A stretch of 64,000 nucleotides of DNA from Pseudomonadota bacterium (GTDB lineage Bacteria > Bdellovibrionota > Bdellovibrionia > Bdellovibrionales > SG-bin7): positions 15,647-79,646 of the forward strand of contig JAWXAY010000033.1 in assembly GCA_034439715.1 (NCBI GenBank), read 5' to 3'. A program made the position numbers and the translations under genes. The notes under the pieces are model-generated. The model saw nothing but the letters and a program-made list of their open reading frames with translations, ran no database searches and was not told where the DNA came from. Below are positions 38,981-48,706 of this stretch, in pieces (the first letter of the stretch is position 1; every line of letters begins with the position of its first letter).

Positions 38981-39006
38981 ATGAAGAGAAAAGTCAGGAG
39001 TAAATT

Positions 39007-39840
39007 ATGAAAACAAAAACCTTCCTAACCCTCTTGGTGTTCTCTGTGTTTTGTGTCAATGCATTTTGTGAAGAATCTGAAGTCTGTCCTAATCCTCAAG
39101 TTGAAAAATATAAATCTGTACAAAAAGAGTTTGATAACGTGGCCATGGATGATGCCATGCGAACTGGCGCCCGAGTCGTTGTCATGATCCCGGGTATAAT
39201 AAAGAAGAATTTTGATCTTGAAAACTTTAACGGCGATGTCTGGCAAGAAATCAAAGGTGGCTACGAATGTATGAAAGACACCCTGACTGGCGGCGCTGAA
39301 TGGTACAACACGGTTCAGAAAGCTACTTTTTGCCCCGTGTCCACATTAACTGGTGTAGTTGTTGATACCAGTGAAACAATAGTAAAAAGCGTGGCGCAAG
39401 TGCCACACGTCATAGGTGACCTAGCTGACTTAGGTGATAATCTCGCCCAAGCAGGTCTTGAAAAAACTTTAGAGCTTTCAAGAAACCCCGATTTCATTTT
39501 AGCCTTTGCAGGTATTCTTGGGACAATACCCATGGGTGTGATTGACCTCGCCTTTAAGGCAACGAGTTTAGTTACCCATTTTGTTGGAAACCTTGTGGAT
39601 ACCATTATTAATTATAATTTGGCAGGAGCTGCAATGTCGGCGGTGAGAATTGGCCAAGGGTTTTATTTATTGAATCCTGAGACGATAGTTGATAGCAGCA
39701 AAGAACTTGGCTGCCGGGTGGGGACAATTCCAGAGGTGATTTATTATTCATTGGGTGATAAAATTGAACCTAGACCGATAAAATCTTCGATTAAACCTTA
39801 TTGTGATGTACGCCGCGGCGATTGTACTGAGTACGATTAG
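39007..39840 (+). CDS. Secreted helical protein, paralog 2 (divergent)
   Basis: Signal peptide; AGGAG RBS; C-terminal KPYCDVRRGDC nearly identical to paralog 3. Confidence 0.8.
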   Translation: MKTKTFLTLLVFSVFCVNAFCEESEVCPNPQVEKYKSVQKEFDNVAMDDAMRTGARVVVMIPGIIKKNFDLENFNGDVWQEIKGGYECMKDTLTGGAEWYNTVQKATFCPVSTLTGVVVDTSETIVKSVAQVPHVIGDLADLGDNLAQAGLEKTLELSRNPDFILAFAGILGTIPMGVIDLAFKATSLVTHFVGNLVDTIINYNLAGAAMSAVRIGQGFYLLNPETIVDSSKELGCRVGTIPEVIYYSLGDKIEPRPIKSSIKPYCDVRRGDCTEYD

Positions 39841-39907
39841 CCTTAGCCAAAGGTCCAATTCGGCGTCACCATTTGTTAATTTTCTCGAGTCCGACTAAAA
39901 TGGGAGC

Positions 39908-41185
39908 ATGGCCAAAACCCCGCTACCCAAAAAACTAAATATTTGTTTTGTTGCTAAAAAGTTTCCGATACTTTCTCGGGTGGCGGATCATGGTTTTTTA
40001 TGGCCAATTGCTAAAGGCCTTACTCAGCTGGGACACAAAGTTACTATACTTTCTAGCCAAAATCCCCAAGGCAAAAAAGAATTTATCGAAGGCAACATTC
40101 GCGCGCTCTATTTAAAAGAAGCCACATTTTCAAGTTCGGCCTCTTTTAGTGATCTCGTTCACGCCAAATTTGTTGAGCTGCATAGCAAAGAGCCTTTTCA
40201 TATTCTACATTCACTTGATACGTCAGCCGCGAGTTTAGAAAAGTTAAAAAAACAGCTTAAGTTTGCCCTGGCCTTTGATGTGGAGGCCACTCAAATTGCT
40301 CAGGTGCTCGCAATTATCGGTATGGCCCAAGAAAACTTCGCTAGCATTATTAATACAGGCACTGCCGTATCCTATAAGTTTTTGAGAACTTATTTAGGAT
40401 CTGACAGAGTCCTGCTTAATTCTGCCGACGGTATGTTCGTCACGACTCCTCAGCAGCGGATTGTTCTAGAGCGCTACTATTTGTATCCCGACACTCGCAT
40501 TTATACCGTTCCTTATGGTGTAGAAATGAAAAACTTAGAGTTGAAGGCCAAATCAGAAGGGCTCATGAAAGAGGTGGGTTTGCCAGAGGGAACTCAAGTG
40601 GTGTTAACTATTACTGACATGACTGAACTCGAGGAGATCAGACATTTGCTCGTGGCTTTTCAAAAGGTAACAATTAAAAAGCCGAGTACTCGTTTAATTA
40701 TTATTGGCAATGGTCCGCTAAAAAAAGAAATAGAATATGAGATGCTAACCTTGGCACTAGGATCCCGAGTGATCTTTGCAGGTGCTGTTTCGGCAGATGT
40801 GATTTCAGACTATATTAGCCTGTGTGATGTTTATGTAAATTTAAGCGCCCGTACCAGCGGGTTCGAACCTACGATGCTCGAAGCAATGGCGCAAAAAAAG
40901 GTAATTGTAGGTTCTGAAGTCAGCCCCATTGCCAATATCGTAGAAGACGGACGTGATGGGTTTTTAATTAGACCTGCCGACACTCTAGCACTTTGCACAC
41001 TCTTAATAGATATTTTCGAGTTCCCACTTTTATCGCGTGAAATTGGCGAAAGTGCCCGCAAAAAAGTCGTAAACTTGTTTGATACCGAGAAAATGGTTAA
41101 TGAGACTACAGGGGCCTATTTTTCAATTTTGGAGCGAACAGGCTGGTATTCTAAATCTCAGACTAAGGACCTGCCCTTATTTTAA
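39908..41185 (+). CDS. Glycosyltransferase family 4
   Basis: GT-B features: IIGNGP, EPTMLEAMA, IVEDGRDGFL. Confidence 0.9.
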   Translation: MAKTPLPKKLNICFVAKKFPILSRVADHGFLWPIAKGLTQLGHKVTILSSQNPQGKKEFIEGNIRALYLKEATFSSSASFSDLVHAKFVELHSKEPFHILHSLDTSAASLEKLKKQLKFALAFDVEATQIAQVLAIIGMAQENFASIINTGTAVSYKFLRTYLGSDRVLLNSADGMFVTTPQQRIVLERYYLYPDTRIYTVPYGVEMKNLELKAKSEGLMKEVGLPEGTQVVLTITDMTELEEIRHLLVAFQKVTIKKPSTRLIIIGNGPLKKEIEYEMLTLALGSRVIFAGAVSADVISDYISLCDVYVNLSARTSGFEPTMLEAMAQKKVIVGSEVSPIANIVEDGRDGFLIRPADTLALCTLLIDIFEFPLLSREIGESARKKVVNLFDTEKMVNETTGAYFSILERTGWYSKSQTKDLPLF

Positions 41186-41324
41186 CTTCTGAGATATAAA
41201 ATATCCCATGACGCTAAACAGAATGGAAAATAATTAAAATAATTCCTTCCATGGCCTAAGGCCTCTAAGTATACTTATTAGTAGTTTCAATAGTTTATGC
41301 AATATTCAGCAGGGATTTAAGACC

Positions 41325-41612
41325 ATGACTAAAGCAGACTTAATAAACCTAATTTCTGAAAAAGCCAGTATCACGCGAGTAAAAGCCGAAACTGTGGTGA
41401 ACACTGTTTTTGATACAATTACTGAAGCTTTGGTGAAGGACGACCGCATCGAAATTCGTGGATTTGGCTCATTTGTCAATCGTGCTTACAATGCTCGCCA
41501 AGGACGAAATCCACGTACTGGTGAAGTTATTGATGTCGCACAAAAGCGACGACCATTTTTTAAAGTTGGCAAAGAGTTACGTGAAGAGATTAACAAAGGC
41601 CCCAAAAAATAA
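41325..41612 (+). CDS. HU/IHF-family DNA-binding protein
   Basis: MTKADLI, IEIRGFGSF, GRNPRTG, PFFKVGKELRE. Confidence 0.95.
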   Translation: MTKADLINLISEKASITRVKAETVVNTVFDTITEALVKDDRIEIRGFGSFVNRAYNARQGRNPRTGEVIDVAQKRRPFFKVGKELREEINKGPKK

Positions 41613-41627
41613 TAAGTAGAACAAATA

Positions 41628-42824
41628 TTAGTCGCGAAAAACTGGGATCTCACGAATATCTTTAATTCCAAAAAAAGCCATAAATAGTCGATCCACTCCT
41701 AATGCAATACCACCACTGGGAGGCATTCCTAGTCTTAAAGCTTCGATAAGACCGTCATCTACTGGAGGAACAAAACTTCCAAGGTCGCGTTTCTCTTTTT
41801 GCCAAGTTAAAAACCTTTTAGAGTTTTCTATTGGGTCATTGAGTTCGTCATAGGCGTTGGCAATTTCGAATCCTCTAAAATAGACTTCAAATCGATCGGC
41901 CCAACCCTTTTCATTTAGGCGAGCTAAGGCAGATTGTGACGGCGGAAAGTCTTTTAGAATGAGCGGAGTCACGAGCCCTAAGCGAGGCTCCACATGTTCA
42001 ATGAATAATCTGTGGAATAAATCATTCCAGGAGTCGCTGGGATCAAAATGTGTTCGTCTGTCTATCGCAAGCTTTTTGAGTTCCTCGCGTGAAGTCTGTG
42101 GAGTTAAATCGAAATTAAGGTATTCGCGAAATACCTCGGCCATGGATTTAAGTGTGATAGATCCATCAAAGCGGATTGCACCTTCGATGTTATCATTCAC
42201 ATACTTAAAAAGATCATAGACGTCTTTTTGTATGGCGTCGATTCCAGCAAAACTTCGGTACCACTCAAGCATTGTGAATTCAGCTGCGTGCTGAGGTGTA
42301 TTTTCTTCTTGCCGAAAGCAAGACCTAATTTCAAAAGCATTCTCAATGCCCAAAACTAACGCCCGCTTTAAATGAAACTCAGGGCTTGTAGGCAGACAGT
42401 AACCATTGCTGGTAAAGGGCCTTAAAAAAGTCTCTGAACCAGAAGAAGGCACCAGTGTCGGCGTTTGAATTTCTAAAAAGCCGCTTGTCTCAAAAAATTT
42501 TCTTAAGGATTTTAGAAACCCATTCCATTTGAGCAAATGGTTTTTCTCTTTATTTATTTGTTCGAGCGATTTTTGGCCAATATTTGGCGCCAGAAGTTGA
42601 ATGTGATGTTCTTTCATTAATACAATATCGCCGAGTACGAGAATATCCGATGCCTTGAATCCATGAGTTATAAATTCGCCTTGCTGGGTAAACTCACCTA
42701 AAATCCCATCGGCTATGGGGTCTGACCAGCGACTTTTAATAAGCTCATTTTTAATGTCATCTTTAAGGGCTTTTGGGTAAGGCCGCCACAATGATTTTAG
42801 ATAAATTTCTCGGGTCATATTCAT
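41628..42824 (-). CDS. epmA: EF-P lysyl (beta-lysine) ligase
   Basis: GFLEIQTP, TSPEFHLKR, FRQEE...HAAEFTMLEWY, RFEVYFRGFEIANAYDEL, PSGGIALGVDRL; no anticodon-binding domain. Confidence 0.9.
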   Translation of the reverse strand: MNMTREIYLKSLWRPYPKALKDDIKNELIKSRWSDPIADGILGEFTQQGEFITHGFKASDILVLGDIVLMKEHHIQLLAPNIGQKSLEQINKEKNHLLKWNGFLKSLRKFFETSGFLEIQTPTLVPSSGSETFLRPFTSNGYCLPTSPEFHLKRALVLGIENAFEIRSCFRQEENTPQHAAEFTMLEWYRSFAGIDAIQKDVYDLFKYVNDNIEGAIRFDGSITLKSMAEVFREYLNFDLTPQTSREELKKLAIDRRTHFDPSDSWNDLFHRLFIEHVEPRLGLVTPLILKDFPPSQSALARLNEKGWADRFEVYFRGFEIANAYDELNDPIENSKRFLTWQKEKRDLGSFVPPVDDGLIEALRLGMPPSGGIALGVDRLFMAFFGIKDIREIPVFRD

Positions 42825-42850
42825 CGGGTCATTTTCAACTTATGGGCCTC

Positions 42851-42884
42851 AAAAAAAACAGCCCCTTTATTTTCATAAAGGGGC
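42851..42884 (-). terminator. Intrinsic terminator of paralog 3
   Basis: GCCCCTTTAT-TTTC-ATAAAGGGGC stem with a U-run on the minus strand. Confidence 0.8.
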
Positions 42885-42913
42885 CTTGAATAAATACTAA
42901 ATAACAAATAATT

Positions 42914-43816
42914 TTATTTACCAGAATGATCTAAATCACAGCGGCCGTATCGAACATCGCAGTACGGTTTAACCGGAGTACCACCAGCCATCATGTCTTC
43001 AAAGGTCTCATTCATGATCACTCTAATTGGAAGTGACATAACACGAGCAAAAACCATTAAGAGTCCGTTTCCTGCAGCGCTAAGATCGCCATGTACTACA
43101 TCATGAAGAACCAAAACTACTGCCTTTGCAGCGCCATAAGCATCTTTACCAAGTACACTAACTCGGCCTATAACTGCGTCAGCTACGATAACAACTGCAT
43201 CAGAAGCATACTTGATACCAGTTCTTACACCGTCAACTACAAGCTCTACAGCTTTGCCAGCAACAGTTGAAACAGTATCTAATACCCAAGCTCCAGCTTG
43301 AGCAGCGCGACCAATTACTTGAGAAGCAACGCAAACACCAAGTTGAACTATAAAGAAACCAGGAATGTGGCTGTAAGCTTCCATCGCATCCCACGAGCGT
43401 TTGCTAGTATCTAACATGATGTTAGCAATATCTTTTGCAAACTTAGAGGGAACGGCAATTACTTCTTGAACGCCACTAACACCAGTTAAGATGATAGCAG
43501 TAACCATTTCAGTACCGATTAGAATGGGGCAAAGAACAGGAGCAGTAACACCTTCTCCGTCAACTTCGTCCATGCGATCGCTTAAACACTTAACAAGTTC
43601 AGTAGCATGTTCCGCAAGAGCGGGCATTGCTTTTAACGCAGCTTCGCTGAAAGAAACCACTAAGTTTCCAACATTAATAACGACGTTTACACCAGCGTGA
43701 ACAATTTCACCGGCTTTTTCTGTAGGAAGATTGTTGCCATCTCTATGGCCTGCATTAGCGGTCATCGATACAGCAACAGCTAATCCTGCCAATGAAGAAA
43801 TAATAGATTTTCTCAT
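42914..43816 (-). CDS. Secreted amphipathic-helical protein, paralog 3
   Basis: Signal peptide ending TANA; AAGGAG RBS; VELVVDGVRTGIK and KPYCDVRYGRC shared with paralogs. Confidence 0.85.
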   Translation of the reverse strand: MRKSIISSLAGLAVAVSMTANAGHRDGNNLPTEKAGEIVHAGVNVVINVGNLVVSFSEAALKAMPALAEHATELVKCLSDRMDEVDGEGVTAPVLCPILIGTEMVTAIILTGVSGVQEVIAVPSKFAKDIANIMLDTSKRSWDAMEAYSHIPGFFIVQLGVCVASQVIGRAAQAGAWVLDTVSTVAGKAVELVVDGVRTGIKYASDAVVIVADAVIGRVSVLGKDAYGAAKAVVLVLHDVVHGDLSAAGNGLLMVFARVMSLPIRVIMNETFEDMMAGGTPVKPYCDVRYGRCDLDHSGK

Positions 43817-43979
43817 AGGGTCTCCTTAAGGTTAGTAAAAATTTAAAGCCGAATGCTTTAAAACTCGTCATTCATAGTACTGCAGCGCCTCAATAGCAAG
43901 TTTTTTGGCAGGTATAAGCTAATTTTATGAGGTCTAATCCCATAAATTCGCATTGTTTACAGAAATATGAAAAAAATTC

Positions 43980-44387
43980 TTAAATCAAATGGCTCAAGAG
44001 ATGGGGCAATACCTTGCGGTTAGCGCCTGGTATCTCTAAGGAACTGAGTTCCTCTAACTCCACCCATTTTATCTCGCTGTGATGGATATTTTTTGGTTCG
44101 CCTTTCCAATACTTCACAACATAAAACAGCAAAAGAATTCCTGTTTCGCCATAAGAATGAGTGCCCGCATAAAGGATGTTTCCAATTTCGGCTTCGATTC
44201 CTAATTCTTCACGAAGTTCTCTGGCTAATGCGGCTTCGGGGCCTTCTCCTGTTTCAATTTTTCCCCCTGGGAATTCCCACTGGCCGGCGAGGTTTTTACC
44301 CTCAGGACGAAGACCTACGAGTACCTTTGACCCCTTCATTATTAATCCAGTAACGACAGGAATCCACAGCGGGCGTTTTGGTTTCAT
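43980..44387 (-). CDS. mutT: 8-oxo-dGTP diphosphatase (Nudix)
   Basis: WEFPGGKIETGEGPEAALARELREELGI Nudix box; PGAN. Confidence 0.88.
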   Translation of the reverse strand: MKPKRPLWIPVVTGLIMKGSKVLVGLRPEGKNLAGQWEFPGGKIETGEGPEAALARELREELGIEAEIGNILYAGTHSYGETGILLLFYVVKYWKGEPKNIHHSEIKWVELEELSSLEIPGANRKVLPHLLSHLI

Positions 44388-44426
44388 CCAAAAATTGTAA
44401 TCAATACCCTAAGCAATGTCATGATT

Positions 44427-45422
44427 TTAGGGTGAGCTAGCCTTTGACATATCAGAAAAAAAACCAGGCCCATTATAAATAAGTGCTGAATAAACTTGCA
44501 CTAGATTGGCACCGAGAGCTAAGCGTTCTTCAATGTCTTCATGTGAACTGATGCCACCGACGCTAATAAGGAGTTTTCCTGTTCGCTTAGAACCTAAGAA
44601 GTTGAGCGCTAGCTTAAGGCTATTGAGTGAAAGTTTGGCCAATGGCTTTCCTGAAACTCCGCCTTCTGTAGGAAATGGACAATCACTGTAACGCGAAAGG
44701 GTTGTATTGGACAAAATCCAACCATCAATTTCAAACTCAAGAGAAATATTAAGTGCCGCTTCGAGTTCTATTTGATTTAAGTCAGGGCTTAATTTCAAAA
44801 GAATTGGCCGCGAGAACCCGGCATTTTTTTGGCGATAAGCCTGTAGTGTTTTGTCTAGCAGTTGCTTAAGCGCGTCTTCTGATTGGAGGTCTCTCAGGCC
44901 TATCGTGTTAGGGCTACTAATATTAATCACAAAAACATCGGCCAAAGAGTTGAGGTGATTCATGACAGCCAAATAGTCATTATGAGCTTCATGATTTGGA
45001 GTAGACCTATTTTTGCCGACATTAATAAGTACGGGAGTAGGCCAAGGCTTTTTGATATTCGCTAAGGTCTTAAAAGTATGCTCCATGCCTAAAGAAGGAA
45101 AACCTAAGCGATTCCAAACCGCCAAATTTTTTATATCTCGAGCTAAAATTTTACCAGGATTTGGATTTTGTGGGAGTGGCGTCACTGTTCCTACCTCTAG
45201 AAAGCCCGCGCCGCAGGACCACCAGCCCTGAATACTGTCGCCACTTTTGTCTACGCCTCCTGCAATTCCCAAAGGATTTGGAAAGACGAGATCCTTCCAT
45301 ATGAGCGATCGCCACTTTTTGACTTTGGGACTTTTAAGTTTTCCGTAAATTTTTAAATAAATGTGTCCCAATGGGTGGGCCCATGAAACCGGTAAGTAGA
45401 GCCAGGGTTTTAACAGCGCCAT
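44427..45422 (-). CDS. pyrD: Dihydroorotate dehydrogenase (quinone)
   Basis: NPLGIAGGVDK, EVGTVTP, NRLGFP, NISSPNT, KLSPD, GGVSG, GVGGI-like ISVGGI, QVYSAL. Confidence 0.95.
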   Translation of the reverse strand: MALLKPWLYLPVSWAHPLGHIYLKIYGKLKSPKVKKWRSLIWKDLVFPNPLGIAGGVDKSGDSIQGWWSCGAGFLEVGTVTPLPQNPNPGKILARDIKNLAVWNRLGFPSLGMEHTFKTLANIKKPWPTPVLINVGKNRSTPNHEAHNDYLAVMNHLNSLADVFVINISSPNTIGLRDLQSEDALKQLLDKTLQAYRQKNAGFSRPILLKLSPDLNQIELEAALNISLEFEIDGWILSNTTLSRYSDCPFPTEGGVSGKPLAKLSLNSLKLALNFLGSKRTGKLLISVGGISSHEDIEERLALGANLVQVYSALIYNGPGFFSDMSKASSP

Positions 45423-46681
45423 TAGCGGGGGTATAAACCTCGCAAGAGCATTGCTGTCTCAAGGCGCTTCAACGAAACACACCAAGCCGCCGTTCTGAGA
45501 TCTAAATTATTTTCTTGCGCGTAAACCCAAACTTTATCAAAGGCTTTGGTGAGAGCGGTACGTAGCTTTCGATCGACTTCGTCCTCATCCCAAAAGTAGG
45601 CCGCAATGTCTTGGACCCATTCAAAATAGCTGACGATTACGCCACCACCGTTAGCTAAAATATCTGGAACAATAGTGACGCCCTTTTGATGAAGATATTC
45701 GCTAGCTTCAGAATTAGTCGGTCCGTTGGCTCCTTCGACGATAATCTTGGCGCGAATACGCTTCATATTTTCTGAAGTAATTGAATTTTCAAGGGCACAG
45801 GGAAGAAGCATGTCGACATCAAGTTCTAATAGTTCATTATTTTTTATTTTTTGGCAATTGGGGTAGTTTGCAAGAAGTTTATTTTGAGAAACATGATTTA
45901 CAAGATCGGGAACATCAAGGCCATCAGCCTTGTAAATTGCGCCGTTGGCATCGCTAACAGCAATCACTTTGGCACCCATAAAGTTAGCGGTAAGGGCGGC
46001 AAATCGACCGACGTTACCAAAGCCTTGAATGGCCATTGTTGTATGCTGAAAATTGAGACCTTTCTTTTTGGCAATCTCGTGGGCTAAATAAACCACGCCC
46101 TTGCCCGTGGCGCTCTCGCGACCCACAGAACCGCCAATCTCAACCGGCTTACCAGTAACAATCCCTGGCTGGGCGTAGCCGCACTCTTGTGAATAAGTAT
46201 CCATCATCCAAGCCATGATTCGAGGGCTTGTTCCGACATCGGGAGCTGGAATATCTTTAGTGGGACCAATAAAGGGACCAATTTCGGTTGTGTATCTGCG
46301 AGTGAGATTTTGCAATTCTGTTTTAGAGAGTTTAGTGGGATCAACGCAGACCCCACCTTTGGCTCCGCCGAGCGGCAGCTGAAGAAGAGAATTTTTAAAG
46401 GTCATGAGGGCAGCGAGGGCTGCGACTTCTCCGATGCAAACGTCTTGATGATAACGAATTCCGCCTTTAAAGGGGCCAAGTGTCATATTATGCTGAATGC
46501 GAAAACCTTGAAAAACTTTAACCGAGTAATCATCCATTCGAACCGGAACGCTGACACAAATAGCGCGCCGGGGAGTCTTAAGGCGTAGGAGGATGTTAGG
46601 ATCGACTTTAGCCAGTGTGCCGGCCGTATTTAGGTTTCTCAAAACGTTGTCGTACATCGGACCGGAAAACAACTCTTCCAC
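45422..46681 (-). CDS. gdhA: Glu/Leu/Phe/Val (glutamate) dehydrogenase
   Basis: GPFKGGIR, GGAKGG, DIPAPDV, GKPVEIGGS, QGFGNVG, EGANGP, NGGGVIVSYFEW. Confidence 0.93.
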   Translation of the reverse strand: MEELFSGPMYDNVLRNLNTAGTLAKVDPNILLRLKTPRRAICVSVPVRMDDYSVKVFQGFRIQHNMTLGPFKGGIRYHQDVCIGEVAALAALMTFKNSLLQLPLGGAKGGVCVDPTKLSKTELQNLTRRYTTEIGPFIGPTKDIPAPDVGTSPRIMAWMMDTYSQECGYAQPGIVTGKPVEIGGSVGRESATGKGVVYLAHEIAKKKGLNFQHTTMAIQGFGNVGRFAALTANFMGAKVIAVSDANGAIYKADGLDVPDLVNHVSQNKLLANYPNCQKIKNNELLELDVDMLLPCALENSITSENMKRIRAKIIVEGANGPTNSEASEYLHQKGVTIVPDILANGGGVIVSYFEWVQDIAAYFWDEDEVDRKLRTALTKAFDKVWVYAQENNLDLRTAAWCVSLKRLETAMLLRGLYPR

Positions 46682-46706
46682 GGCTCCCCCTTCAAATATA
46701 GTCTAA

Positions 46707-47603
46707 GTGCCAAATAAATTTAATCATCCTTTTTTTTTAAGTTTGCAAGTTCAAACAGGAGAATTAGACTACTACCTTATGGGGTTTTTTTTAGTCTTTG
46801 ATAAAAGTAAGGCGCTCATTAAGTATCACGGTCCCAGCGAAGCACTAAGTTCACTGGTAGACTCTATCCAACAATGCTTTGCCCAACGCGTTACTGATAT
46901 CACCGTTGAATTGCCAACAAAAGAAGCTGAGATTGGCGAACTTTTTGAAGTGCTTAGCAAACTTCATGGTGTATTACAAAAAAGATCAGAAAGATTAAAA
47001 TTAAAGCAGGACGTGGGTGGGGCGAAAACCCAACTAGTTGTGGATTTATTGGCGTTAGGGTGCGAAATAACTACCGACGAAGAAGTTCTTAAAGAGATTG
47101 AGGTGCAAAAACTTAGGCAAAAGCAAAGTTCAACAAAAGATCGCGCGCTCAAAATGCTCGAAGAAATCAAGTCAAATCAAAAAAAATTTAATGAGTTCGA
47201 TATCGATTTTACTAAACTCTACAAGGCGGCCGAGTTTCAAGCCTGGCCGGAGATTGAAGGCTATCTTGAAAAGGTCAGTGCGGCTCTTGAAACTGAACTT
47301 CGGCTTAAGGAGAAGCTTGAGCGCGAAAAAAAACTTTATGTCAGTCGAATCCACCACTTAAAAAAAGTGACAGAAGTAGATGCCGCAAGCGCCAAGGAGC
47401 TCGCAAAAATGCATCAGATAGAAATTGAGCTGGATTCTCTAAAGGCAGAACTTTCGGAGTTAACGAATCGACTGTTAGGCGCCCAAGATCAGGCAAAAAA
47501 AAGCGAGTTGTCCGCAAGGCATGAAGTTACTAGATGCCAGAAGGAATACGGTCCGGTCATTAACCGACTCAACTTAGAATTAGAAAGGCAAAAAAAGAAA
47601 TGA
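46707..47603 (+). CDS. Coiled-coil hypothetical protein (start uncertain, possibly 46779)
   Basis: Long E/K/L/Q-rich heptad region; 4-nt overlap with the next gene. Confidence 0.7.
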   Translation: MPNKFNHPFFLSLQVQTGELDYYLMGFFLVFDKSKALIKYHGPSEALSSLVDSIQQCFAQRVTDITVELPTKEAEIGELFEVLSKLHGVLQKRSERLKLKQDVGGAKTQLVVDLLALGCEITTDEEVLKEIEVQKLRQKQSSTKDRALKMLEEIKSNQKKFNEFDIDFTKLYKAAEFQAWPEIEGYLEKVSAALETELRLKEKLEREKKLYVSRIHHLKKVTEVDAASAKELAKMHQIEIELDSLKAELSELTNRLLGAQDQAKKSELSARHEVTRCQKEYGPVINRLNLELERQKKK

Positions 47604-48613
47604 TTGAAGTGGCCGCGGGAAATGTTTTGAAAAACCTCGAAAATATTACCGGCAAAAAAATCCTGATTGTCGGTGACGTGGGAGTTGATGAGTATGTTAT
47701 CGGAGATGTGAATCGAATTAGTCCCGAAGCTCCGGTGCCCGTGGTTGCGGTGACTGAGCAATACTCACGTCTGGGTTTATCCGCCAATGTGGCACAGAAT
47801 ATTGCTAGCTTAAAGAGTGAGTCGGTTTTACTTTCGATCACCGGTGACGATGAGACGGCAGAAAAGTTAAGGGGGCTCTTAAAAAAAGAAAAAGTAAATA
47901 GCGATTTTTTGATTAAGGACTCGAGTCGTCAGACAACCCGAAAACTAAGAGTTCTGGGTGTACTTGCTGGACATCATCATATTGTGAGAGTCGATTTTGA
48001 ACAAAGGCGATTTCTCTCACCCGAGGTCGAAAAAAAATACTTAAAACGAGCCCAAGAGGTTATTCCCGAAGTTGATGTGGTCATAATTCAGGATTATGCC
48101 AAAGGAGTCATTAGCGAAAGTATTTCGCAAAAGATCATTGAGCTTTCAAAAAAAAATAAGAAAAAAGTATTGGTTGATCCTCATCGATTAACACCCCTTC
48201 ATTTCTACAGCGGCGCGAATGTTTTTAAACCCAATTTTGCTGAGGCGCTGGCCTTGTCAAAAATAGATCAAGATGACCTGCATTTTAATAAAAATATTAT
48301 TAGAGACGTAGTAAAGGCCTTAGAAACAGAGGGTCAATTTGAAACTGTAATATTGACTCGAGGAAAAGAAGGCATGTCCTTTGTGCAAAAAGGGAAAATT
48401 GAAAATGTCCCGACCTTTGCTAAAGAAGTTTTTGATGTAACTGGCGCCGGCGACACCGTAATTGCAAGTCTGGGATTGGGCCTTGCTGCCGGCTTTAGCG
48501 TATTTGAGTCGTGTGTGTTGGCAAATGCGGCGGCGGGCGTTGTTGTCGGAAAAATCGGTTGCGTCCCTTGTTACTATGAAGAGGCAAAGGCGGCCCTCAA
48601 AGAACGATGCTAA
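47600..48613 (+). CDS. rfaE1: D-glycero-beta-D-manno-heptose-7-phosphate kinase (RfaE bifunctional domain I)
   Basis: VGDVGVDEY, RISPEAPVPV, QDYAKG, VDP, KPN, DVTGAGDT. Confidence 0.92.
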   Translation: MIEVAAGNVLKNLENITGKKILIVGDVGVDEYVIGDVNRISPEAPVPVVAVTEQYSRLGLSANVAQNIASLKSESVLLSITGDDETAEKLRGLLKKEKVNSDFLIKDSSRQTTRKLRVLGVLAGHHHIVRVDFEQRRFLSPEVEKKYLKRAQEVIPEVDVVIIQDYAKGVISESISQKIIELSKKNKKKVLVDPHRLTPLHFYSGANVFKPNFAEALALSKIDQDDLHFNKNIIRDVVKALETEGQFETVILTRGKEGMSFVQKGKIENVPTFAKEVFDVTGAGDTVIASLGLGLAAGFSVFESCVLANAAAGVVVGKIGCVPCYYEEAKAALKERC

Positions 48614-48706
48614 GGGTGGGTCGTGGCGCGTAAACTTATTACAGGGTTCAGAACCTCCTAATATCTCATTGATAAAGCAAAGTCTTTTAGGTAAAGCTTT
48701 GGGCTC

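Noticed and set aside
43895-43911. Sigma54 promoter for paralog 3 (CTGCCAAAAAACTTGCT)
   Set aside because: The -12 TTGC matches, but the invariant -24 GG reads GC; noted only as partial similarity to the paralog 1 promoter.
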